Below, one piece after another: positions 48,279 through 56,259 of a DNA stretch of 64,000 bases (positions within the stretch are counted from its first letter, which is position 1; every line of letters begins with the position of its first letter). Both the position numbers and the translations under genes were made by a program. This DNA is from Thermoanaerobaculia bacterium (GTDB lineage Bacteria > Acidobacteriota > Thermoanaerobaculia > Multivoradales > Multivoraceae). The stretch spans positions 2,748,088-2,812,087 of the forward strand of contig OZ243982.1 of NCBI GenBank assembly GCA_965214805.1. The letters are read 5' to 3'. Under the pieces are notes generated by a model that saw nothing but the letters and a program-made list of their open reading frames with translations, was not told the DNA's origin and did no database searches.

Positions 48279-48545
48279 AGTTTCTCTTCTCCTTCTCTCT
48301 CCTGGCGGCGGAGGGTTCCTCCTGACCGCGCTCGTTTCGGACCCGGCGCTCGACGCGAGTACCGGAGTTGTTCTGCGACCCCGAGAACGTCAACTCGGGG
48401 GCAAGCTCAACGGTCGCTCCATCACCTCCAGGAGAAAAAGTCTGCAGGACGACGCCCAGGAGAAGAATCCCCCTGATGGGGCGCACCTGCCTGTTTCCAG
48501 TGTCGTGCACGCTAACCCGGAACCGGCGACGGTGTCAACCTCGGC
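48279..48545 (-). repeat. Conserved 5' leader block, copy 4, at the array boundary. Homology ends at about 48545.
   Basis: Near-identical to the other copies, then unique sequence begins. Confidence 0.8.
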
Positions 48546-48886
48546 CTGCTGCCAGGATGCGAATGGGTCGGCTGCGGCAAGCGCCGGGCGTGTGACCGGA
48601 GCCTTCTTCGGCCAACACGCGCGAAGATCGCGAAGATGACGGACATGGCGGAGGATGAGGATGGCGCCGCCTCGGACCGTCGCCCTGAACGGGATAGTCT
48701 TGATGGCGCAGCGGGCAGCGGTCGCACGGTGCCCGCAAAGAGGCTCCGGTCAGCAGCCTGCGGCCAAGGCCGGCGAGCAAGGGAGCGCGTGGGTGTTCCG
48801 GAGCATCAGGAGAGTGACCTTGTCCGAGTACCGATTCCCGAACAACTGCATGTGCGCCTGCCGCCCGAGCTGCCGCCAGCGCGAGG

Positions 48887-49174
48887 TTGCATGACAGGCG
48901 CGGCGACAGACACGCTGCGCACGGCCGAGACGCTGGCCAGGCCGGAGTCCCTGAACGGCAAGCTGCGGCCCATGCCCGCGCTGTGGACGCGGCGGTTGCC
49001 GACGCGGTCGGCGACCTGGTGACCCGCGATCAGCTGCGTGCCGAGCTGGCGGTGACCCGCGATCAGCTGCGTGCCGAACTGGCGACGACCCGCGACCAGC
49101 TGACCTGGCGGCTGCTCGGCGGCCTCGGTGCGCTGCTCGCACTGTTCCGCCTGTCAGGGTGGCTGTTCCCGTGA
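48887..49174 (+). CDS. Small membrane-anchored coiled-coil protein (DUF1640-like), possibly frameshifted at its N-terminus.
   Basis: Frame ending at 49174: ...AGVPERQAAAHARAVDAAVADAVGDLVTRDQLRAELAVTRDQLRAELATTRDQLTWRLLGGLGALLALFRLSGWLFP. It has tandem 11-aa repeats and a C-terminal TM. A different frame just upstream encodes MTGAATDTLRTAETLA. Confidence 0.35.
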   Translation: MHDRRGDRHAAHGRDAGQAGVPERQAAAHARAVDAAVADAVGDLVTRDQLRAELAVTRDQLRAELATTRDQLTWRLLGGLGALLALFRLSGWLFP

Positions 49175-49772
49175 GAAGCGGGTTTTTCAGGCTGCGCTCT
49201 GGTCCCGGATCGGGAAGGCACGCCCCCATCCTGGATGCCAGCTGGCTCGGCGGCTCGCCGCGATGGCGTCGATCCGCCCGCAGCCCGGACTCGATGAAGA
49301 CCGGGATGCCGTACCGCCCGCCCGGCTGACCGCGCATCGGATTCGCGCGCTTCCGCCGCCGACAGTCCGACAGACAAGGGGCTGACAGTTCGACAAGGAT
49401 GCGAGCCGTGCAGCTTTCGTCTGCATGCTCGCTTCACCGGGTGAGCGCCGCCCTGCCTGCAGGATCAGGCTCTACCGGCGGGGATCAGAACGAGGCGCCG
49501 TGGGACCTGCCCTCGGACGCTCAGGCGCGAGGCTCTGGCGCGTCTGGCCGAGCGCACAACCTGGCCCAGCACAACCGGGCCGACATACCCCGACTTCCAT
49601 GCCGAGCGTCCTGTCCGGCGGCCCTTTCTCGCCGAGCCGGACCCTTGGCGCCGGTCGAGGTCCTCCTCGGGCAGCGCGGCGGCTCGCCTTGTGCCTTGCA
49701 CACGTATGCATTGTTGTGCTAGGTATGAGGCCGGTGGACGTTCCGGTCGATTGCGGAGGATGAAGAGGGGAG

Positions 49773-50195
49773 ATGAAGAAACTGCGGGGGACGAAGATGA
49801 ACATCGGCAAGGACCTGGTAGCCGCCTCGGCTGCGCCGCTCGTGCTGGCGATCCTGGTCGAGGGCGACAACTACGGCTACGCGATCATCAAGCGGGTGAG
49901 CGAGTTGTCGGGCGGCCGCCTGCGGTGGACGGACGGCATGCTCTATCCGGTGCTGCACCGTCTCGAGCGGCTGGGCCATGTCGAGGCGCGCTGGGCGACA
50001 GCGAAGAGCGGCCGTTGCCGCCGGTACTACCGCATCACCGAGGCGGGGCGGGCGCACCTGGAGACGCAGAGAAGGCAATGGCAGGCGGTGGACGCCACGC
50101 TCCGGGAGGTCTGGATGGTGTTCTTCCGGGCACCGGATGCAGGACAGGCGCCGCGGCGATGGGGGAAACGATGGGGGATTCGACCGGCATGGTGA
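49773..50195 (+). CDS. PadR-family transcriptional regulator.
   Basis: ORF 49773..50195. LVLAILVEGDNYGYAIIKRVSELSGGRLRWTDGMLYPVLHRLERLGHVEARW...GRCRRYYRITEAGR. Confidence 0.8.
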   Translation: MKKLRGTKMNIGKDLVAASAAPLVLAILVEGDNYGYAIIKRVSELSGGRLRWTDGMLYPVLHRLERLGHVEARWATAKSGRCRRYYRITEAGRAHLETQRRQWQAVDATLREVWMVFFRAPDAGQAPRRWGKRWGIRPAW

Positions 50196-51610
50196 CACGC
50201 GGCGATCCGCCTGATCCGCTCGAGACGCGGATAGAGACGCGGATAGAGACGCAGATGACGCAGTGGCGGAACTGGCTGCGGCGGCGGCCCGCGATCCGCG
50301 ATGCGGACGTGGAGGAGCTCGAAGCCCACCTGCGCGACGTGGTCGCGGAACTCCGTGCCGGCGGCCTCGCCGGCGACGAGGCGTTCCTGGTTGCGGTCAA
50401 GCGGATGGGCGGCCTGGACGCGGTGTCGCGCGAGTTCGCCCGCGAGCAGTCCGAGCGGCTGTGGAAGCAACTCGTGGTGGGAACGGCCGCGGACGGGGCG
50501 TCGAAGCGGCGCACGCTGCGCGAGACCGTCGTGATGATCGCGCTGGCGCTTGCCGCGGCGGCGGCGATCAAGCTGCCCGAGCTGTTCGGCTATCCGCAGA
50601 TCGGAGCGGGAGAAGGTCTCTTCGACAACGAGGCGGCCCCGCACTTCCGCAACATGAGCTTCTTCGTGCTTCCGTTTCTCGCCGGCTACTTCGCCTGGAA
50701 GCGCCGGTTGAGCCGGGCGGGGTGCGTCCGGCTGGCGGCGGCGTTCCTCGTCGGCGCGATCGCCATCAACGCCTACCCCTCCGCGCCCCCCGGTGACACG
50801 CTGACGCTCGCGGCGCTTCATCTGCCGATTGCCCTGTGGCTTGCCGTGGGGTTCGCCTACACCCGGGGGCGCTGGCGCGCCGGCAGCGGACGGATGGACT
50901 TCGTGCGCTTCTCCGGCGAGCTGTTCATCTACTACGTGCTCATGGCACTGGGCGGCGGCGTCCTCATGGGGATCACCGGCCTCACGTTCGCCGCCATCGG
51001 CCTGGACGCGGAGCGGTTCGTTCTCCAGTGGCTGTTCCCCTGCGGCGCCATGGGGGCCGTGATCGTCGGCGCCTGGCTCGTGGAAGCCAAGCAGAGCGTG
51101 GTCGAGAACATGGCGCCCGTGCTGACGCGCCTGTTCACGCCCCTGTTCGCCGCCGTGCTGCTCGTGTTCCTCGGCGCCATGGCGTGGACGGGGAGCAGCA
51201 TCGGCGCGGACAGGGAGGTGCTCATCGCCTTCGACCTGCTCCTGGCGACCGTTCTCGGACTCCTGCTCTATGCGGTCTCGGCGCGCGATCCGGAGGCCCC
51301 TCCGGGCCTGTTCGACGCGCTGCAGTTCCTGCTTGTCGTCTGCGCCCTGATCGTCGACGCCCTGGCGCTGGCCGCCATTGCCGGCCGAATCTCCGAGTTC
51401 GGAGTCAGTCCGAACAAGATGGCGGCGCTGGGCGAGAACCTCGTTCTGCTCGTCAACCTGTCGTGGTCCGCCTGGCTGTACGGCCGCTTCCTCACCGGCC
51501 GCGGACGGTTCTCGGCCCTCGTGCGCTGGCAGACCGTCTATCTGCCCGTGTACGCCGCGTGGGCCGCGTTCGTCGTCCTGGCGTTCCCGCCCTGGTTCGG
51601 TTTCAGGTAG
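50189..51610 (+). CDS. Polytopic membrane protein with a cytoplasmic N-terminal helical domain, co-operonic with PadR (a PadR-associated membrane sensor/anti-regulator module).
   Basis: The ATG at 50189 overlaps the PadR stop (ATGGTGA). An alternative ATG lies at 50255. The N-terminal domain is MTQWRNWLRRRPAIRDADVEELEAHLRDVVAELRAGGLAGDEAFLVAVKRMGG, followed by about 8 TM helices. Confidence 0.65.
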   Translation: MVTRGDPPDPLETRIETRIETQMTQWRNWLRRRPAIRDADVEELEAHLRDVVAELRAGGLAGDEAFLVAVKRMGGLDAVSREFAREQSERLWKQLVVGTAADGASKRRTLRETVVMIALALAAAAAIKLPELFGYPQIGAGEGLFDNEAAPHFRNMSFFVLPFLAGYFAWKRRLSRAGCVRLAAAFLVGAIAINAYPSAPPGDTLTLAALHLPIALWLAVGFAYTRGRWRAGSGRMDFVRFSGELFIYYVLMALGGGVLMGITGLTFAAIGLDAERFVLQWLFPCGAMGAVIVGAWLVEAKQSVVENMAPVLTRLFTPLFAAVLLVFLGAMAWTGSSIGADREVLIAFDLLLATVLGLLLYAVSARDPEAPPGLFDALQFLLVVCALIVDALALAAIAGRISEFGVSPNKMAALGENLVLLVNLSWSAWLYGRFLTGRGRFSALVRWQTVYLPVYAAWAAFVVLAFPPWFGFR

Positions 51611-52043
51611 GTCCGCGGCAGGCAGCTCCGGAGGCGGCGGCCCGGCAGTCCGCGGCGAACACGGAACGCGGTGCGTTGCACCGGCGTCGCATCGCGAAGT
51701 GTCGCGTCCGCCTTCGAGCCGCGGCCAAGTCGCGCTGCATCGGAAACGTCCATGCATCTCGGTCCGACATCGTGCTCCTCGTTCGCACACGGCCCGACAT
51801 GCTCCCTCGTCCTCCTTCGGCGCGCCTTGCCGGACGGACGCCTGACCGCTTTCGGTGCGACGCGGACTTCTGCCCAGGGACTGTTGGAAGGGATGGTTTG
51901 CGGGGTTGACCCCGATCGCCCAAAGGTGACAGGGTTCGCGCATTCGGCTCGAACATCTCGCACTCTGTCGAAGAGGAGTGCCGAGAGGAGTATGGCGAAC
52001 CTCATGAAACGGGGAACTGAACGTGATGAAACCGGGAACTAGG

Positions 52044-52940
52044 ATGTCTTCTCGAACTGCCGCGGCTGCGGTCGCGGTTCTTGCCCTGGCGGCGGCGCCG
52101 CTTGCGGCCCAGGACTTCGAGCCGAAACGGCTGTCGGACGGGCGGCCGGATCTGAACGGCATCTGGCAGGCGTTGAACGAGGCCAACTACGACGTGGAAC
52201 TGCACATGGCGCGCGCCGCCATGCAGTTGCGGGAAGGGCCCCACGGTCCGCTGCCAGCGGCCGAGGTCCTCAACTTCGGCGCGGTCGGCTCGGTGCCTCC
52301 CGGCATGGGCGTGATCAAGGGCGGCGGCAGGATCCCGTACACGGACGAGGCCCTGGCCAGGAGAGACGAGAACAGGGCCAGCTGGTCCACCCGCGACCAG
52401 GAGATCTTCTGCTACCTGCCGGGCGTGCCGAGGGCGACCTACATGCCTCAGCCGTTCCAGATCTTCCACAGCGAGAGGGCGGTCTTCATCGCCTACCAGT
52501 ACGCTGGCGCGGTGCGCGACATCTACATGGAGGAGCCGAAGCCCTCCCAGGTCGACAGCTGGATGGGTACGTCCTACGGCCGCTGGGAGGGCGACACGCT
52601 GGTCGTGGACGTCAGCGGCCTGCTGGCGAAGGACTGCGCGGAGCGCGAGGGCGACATGCCCGGCTGCGGCGGCTGGCTCGACCGTTCCGGCAACCACTAC
52701 AGCAACCAGTTGAGGGTGGAGGAACGCTACACGCTCACTGGGCCGAACCACCTCCACTACGAGGCGACGCTCACGGACCCGATGACGTACACCGAGCCGT
52801 GGACGATCGAGATGCCGCTTTACAGGCGGATGGAGCCGAACGCCCGGCTGATGGACTTCCGTTGCGTCGAGTTCGTCGAAGAGCTGATGTACGGCGAGTA
52901 CCGCCGCCACCCGCTGCCGCGGATGAAGCTGGTCGAATAG
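52044..52940 (+). CDS. Secreted hypothetical protein.
   Basis: ORF 52023..52940. Signal peptide MSSRTAAAAVAVLALAAAPLAAQ. Coding-like composition. No recognisable motif. Confidence 0.6.
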   Translation: MSSRTAAAAVAVLALAAAPLAAQDFEPKRLSDGRPDLNGIWQALNEANYDVELHMARAAMQLREGPHGPLPAAEVLNFGAVGSVPPGMGVIKGGGRIPYTDEALARRDENRASWSTRDQEIFCYLPGVPRATYMPQPFQIFHSERAVFIAYQYAGAVRDIYMEEPKPSQVDSWMGTSYGRWEGDTLVVDVSGLLAKDCAEREGDMPGCGGWLDRSGNHYSNQLRVEERYTLTGPNHLHYEATLTDPMTYTEPWTIEMPLYRRMEPNARLMDFRCVEFVEELMYGEYRRHPLPRMKLVE

Positions 52941-53137
52941 CACAGCCGGTGCCGGAAGTCCGTGCCGCTCGGATGCAGCGCGATTTTTCTCCACGGGCGG
53001 GCTGCTAGAGTCCGCCTGCGGATCGCCGAGTTCCAGGAATGCAGAGCGCGCTCCAACTGATCGGGACAACGCCGGGAAAGCCGCCCACAGACCCTCCAGA
53101 CACAGGAAACCCCCCAAGACACAAACCGAGGAGTGAG

Positions 53138-53584
53138 ATGTCCATGAACAAGCGAGCCATGATCATCACGGGGATCGGCATCGTCGTCGCCGCAATCGCG
53201 GTGGCGGTGCCGCTGGTAGCTCACCACGCGTTCGGCGCCGAGTTCGATCCCAATCGTCCCCTGCTTCTGAAGGGCCCGGTCGTCAAGGTCGAGTGGGTCA
53301 ATCCGCACACCTGGATTCACATGGAGCACACCGAGGAGGACGGCGCAAAGCACGTCTGGATGGTCGAGGGCGGCACGCCCAACACCCTTCTGCGGCGCGG
53401 CCTCTCCCGCGACGATCTGATGCCCGGCACGGTCATCATCGTGGACGGCTACCAGAGCAAGGACCGCTCGCGCCGTGCGAACGGTCGTGACGTGACCTTC
53501 GAGGACGGCAGCAAGATCTTCATGGGTTCCTCGGGTACCGGCGCGCCGCGCGACGGCCGCGACCCGACCGAACCGCCCCGGTAG
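53138..53584 (+). CDS. Small secreted protein (DUF6152-like), 148 aa.
   Basis: GGAGTGAG ribosome-binding site then ATG at 53138. MSMNKRAMIITGIGIVVAAIAVAVPLVAHHAFGAEFDPNRPLLLKGPVVKVEWVNPHTWIHM.... Confidence 0.6.
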   Translation: MSMNKRAMIITGIGIVVAAIAVAVPLVAHHAFGAEFDPNRPLLLKGPVVKVEWVNPHTWIHMEHTEEDGAKHVWMVEGGTPNTLLRRGLSRDDLMPGTVIIVDGYQSKDRSRRANGRDVTFEDGSKIFMGSSGTGAPRDGRDPTEPPR

Positions 53585-53611
53585 CGTTCCCGCCTTCGGA
53601 CCCGGCCGGCC

Positions 53612-53644
53612 CCGGTAGTCGACTCTCCGGTAGTCGACTACCGG
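53612..53644. terminator. Palindromic hairpin (CCGGTAGTCGACT-CTCCGG-TAGTCGACTACCGG) between convergent genes, a likely bidirectional terminator.
   Basis: Seen directly. It contains a perfect 18-bp palindrome, CCGGTAGTCGACTACCGG. Confidence 0.3.
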
Positions 53645-53854
53645 GTGCGCCGTCCTTCTGGCCGGCCGGCCTCCGGGCTTTCCGTGCGGGCAGCTCTGCC
53701 GGGCAGGCAGCTCTGGTCGGGATCGTCGCCGGGTGCCGGTTTCCGGGAGTGCGTACTGCCAGGCGCGTGCCGGGCCGTTTCCGCAGCCGCAGCGCGGATT
53801 CGCCCGCCACGCTGCCGCATCCGGGCTCGCGGCTCCAGGGGCTCGCAGCCGGCT

Positions 53855-55489
53855 TCAGCTCATCCGACGCCTCAGGCGTACTCCGTGGCGCCTGAGGCGT
53901 CTTGCCGCCGGGACGAGGGAAGAGGCCGAGGAGAACAGGCCGCCTGCCAGCAGAACGATCACGACGATGTCCCGGAGCGGGCGCCGGTGGTAGAAGCCCG
54001 GGAAGTCGAGCCGGTGCAGGCCTCGGTACAGCCAGCGGTCGATGCGGCTCCAGCGCTGTTCGCGGTGGACGATGCGGCCCAGGGCGGGATCGAGGTAGAG
54101 CCAGGTCCGGTCTGCATCGTTGAAGCGGACCCGGAGTACCGGCAGCGCGGCCTGGCCGCGCCTGCGATCGCCGTAGTAGGCGTCGTGTTCGGTCAGTCGA
54201 TCCACGCCTAGCACCTCGGCGCCGGGCATGGCCCTGGCGGCCGCGGCCAGGAGTTCCTGGCGGTCGAAGCGGCGTGTCTCTCCGCCGCTGCCGGGCGTGA
54301 CGAGCCGGTGCTCGAACGGCTGCACGGTAGCCAGGAACCCGGAGGGACTGCCGAGGTACGGAGCTCGGCGGCGGTCGCTTTCCGCCGTGGCTGCTCCGGG
54401 AACGCGGGCATCCCTGCCTGCATTCGGCCCGGCGTCGTTGCGGCCGGATGCGCCGACCGATGCACCGGGCGGACGGTAGGCCAGGATCAGGGGCTTGCCG
54501 TCGAACGAGAGGAGCTCGACCTCGCGCAGCGGGAAGGACTCGGAGATCGACCGCAGGCCGGTGCGGATCGAAGCCGGATCGAAGTCGTCGAGCCACGCCT
54601 CCTCCGATCCGGCGACCGCGGCATGCTGCTCTGCGCTGGTCGTTCTCCCCGCGTGCCAGCCGAAGGGGTCCATCGACAGGGCCCCGCTCAGCACCCAGGT
54701 GAACGCCGCGGCGCCGAAGACCAGGCCGGAGTAGTGGTGCCAGCGCATGATGCCGGAGTACGGCGAGCGCCTTCTGCGCGCATGGCGGAGTACGCCGACG
54801 GCAAGGCCCGACAGGGTCAGCACGCAGCCGGCGGCGGCCGCCCAGACGACCAGCTGGTACCAGAGCGTGGAGTGTGAACGGAGCGGCGTGAAGTAGAGCC
54901 AATGGAAGACCGCGCCGGCGGCGCCCCAGAACCGGGACGCCGCGCCTGTTTCCATGACCACTTCAGCCGTGCGGTCAGAGACATAGAGCACATCGCTGCC
55001 GGCGCGGATCCGGTGGAGGGGAAACAGTGAACGGAGTTGCAGTGTCCACTGGTCGGGGCGGGAGAGAAGCCGGTCGTACCTGGTTGGCTGCCGCGCGGCC
55101 TCGTTGAGCCGTGGTCGAACGAACTGGTCGGCGATCGCGGTCGACTGGCTTGCGGACAGTTGCAGCATGGGGCTGCCGGTATCCGCGTGGACCGCGGTCC
55201 ATCCGCCGGCGGTGCGGAACCGGTAGATGGGCCGGTCGCCGGCCATGCCGAGGCGGACTTGAAGCGCTTCCTGGCCGCCGGCAGCCAGGCCGGCTGCTGC
55301 CGCCGCCTGCGCCGGACCGATGCGGACCGCCTCCAGGTCGAGCGCCGACAGCCGGTTCAGCCGATCGCCGGGGTCGAGCGCCGGCATCCGCGCGTACATC
55401 ATGACCAGCGCCGAAGCGAACCAGACGACGAACAGCAGATTGCCGGCGATGCCCAGCCAGCGGTGGAGGAGGATCAGCCTGTGCCGCAA
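53855..55489 (-). CDS. PepSY-associated TM helix protein (PiuB-like iron-regulated membrane protein).
   Basis: ORF 53855..55489. N-terminal LHRWLGIAGNLLFVVWFASAL. Four TM helices arranged around large periplasmic domains. Confidence 0.75.
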   Translation of the reverse strand: MRHRLILLHRWLGIAGNLLFVVWFASALVMMYARMPALDPGDRLNRLSALDLEAVRIGPAQAAAAAGLAAGGQEALQVRLGMAGDRPIYRFRTAGGWTAVHADTGSPMLQLSASQSTAIADQFVRPRLNEAARQPTRYDRLLSRPDQWTLQLRSLFPLHRIRAGSDVLYVSDRTAEVVMETGAASRFWGAAGAVFHWLYFTPLRSHSTLWYQLVVWAAAAGCVLTLSGLAVGVLRHARRRRSPYSGIMRWHHYSGLVFGAAAFTWVLSGALSMDPFGWHAGRTTSAEQHAAVAGSEEAWLDDFDPASIRTGLRSISESFPLREVELLSFDGKPLILAYRPPGASVGASGRNDAGPNAGRDARVPGAATAESDRRRAPYLGSPSGFLATVQPFEHRLVTPGSGGETRRFDRQELLAAAARAMPGAEVLGVDRLTEHDAYYGDRRRGQAALPVLRVRFNDADRTWLYLDPALGRIVHREQRWSRIDRWLYRGLHRLDFPGFYHRRPLRDIVVIVLLAGGLFSSASSLVPAARRLRRHGVRLRRRMS

Positions 55490-55634
55490 GGAGGGCCCGG
55501 TTCGTTCAGGCTGTCGAAGAGCGCTCGCACGATCGCGTCACGGAGGAGAACGGCGTGGCGGCGTTGGGGCGTCAACACGGTGTGTCAGGCTGCATGACTC
55601 CTTCAGGGACACTGCCTTCAGGGACACTGGAGCG

Positions 55635-56144
55635 CTACGGCCGCGATACGGCCTGCTGGCGGAACCGATTCGGATCGTTGGCCCAGTACTGCGCGTGACA
55701 GCCGGCGCAGGAGAAGTAGATCTGCTCGCCGGTATCGAAGATCCCCTGGACGTCTCGGGCGTCGGCGGCCTGCATCGCGGCGTCGCCGGCGTCGATCATC
55801 TGCCGGCACCAGGCGACCCAGTCGCCGTCGTCCATCCTGCGCCGGTCCATCATCAGCAGATTGCCGGCTTCCGCGACGGTGACCGCCGAGTTGCGCACCC
55901 GAAACCAGTCCTCGTCCGTCTCGGGCCGGATCTCGATCGTCTCCTCGGCGGTGATGATCGTGCCGGCCGATGCCCAGATGTGATCGGCTGCCGGCTCGAT
56001 CATGGAGGCCATCAGCAACCTCACGCCCGCGATCTCGCGGAAGCGCGGCCCGGTTTCCTCGCTGGCGCAGGATGCGAGCGACACGGTCGCCGCGGCGACG
56101 GCAAGCAGGACGGGAAGCCTCCCCGCGCTCCTGACGACGGTCAT
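55635..56144 (-). CDS. Lipoprotein c-type cytochrome (C-terminal CXXCH, class II-like).
   Basis: Internal start MTVVRSAGRLPVLLAVAAATVSLASC (lipobox LASC) at 56144. Heme motif SCAGCHAQY near the C-terminus. Architecture similar to the cytochrome at 4709..5242. Confidence 0.65.
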   Translation of the reverse strand: MTVVRSAGRLPVLLAVAAATVSLASCASEETGPRFREIAGVRLLMASMIEPAADHIWASAGTIITAEETIEIRPETDEDWFRVRNSAVTVAEAGNLLMMDRRRMDDGDWVAWCRQMIDAGDAAMQAADARDVQGIFDTGEQIYFSCAGCHAQYWANDPNRFRQQAVSRP

Positions 56145-56259
56145 GACGGTGGCGGAGTGTAGCGGAATCGCCCGTCGCCGGCTCCGCGCCGTCCATTCGG
56201 AACAGGTTTTTGGAAACGGGTTATCGTATGCGCCCGTCACGCACAGCAGGAGACCGCCC

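Noticed and set aside
52002-53117. A 371-aa minus-strand ORF opposite the secreted hypothetical at 52044..52940.
   Set aside because: It is antisense to an ORF with a good signal peptide and balanced composition. The antisense product is Arg/Pro/Gly-rich.
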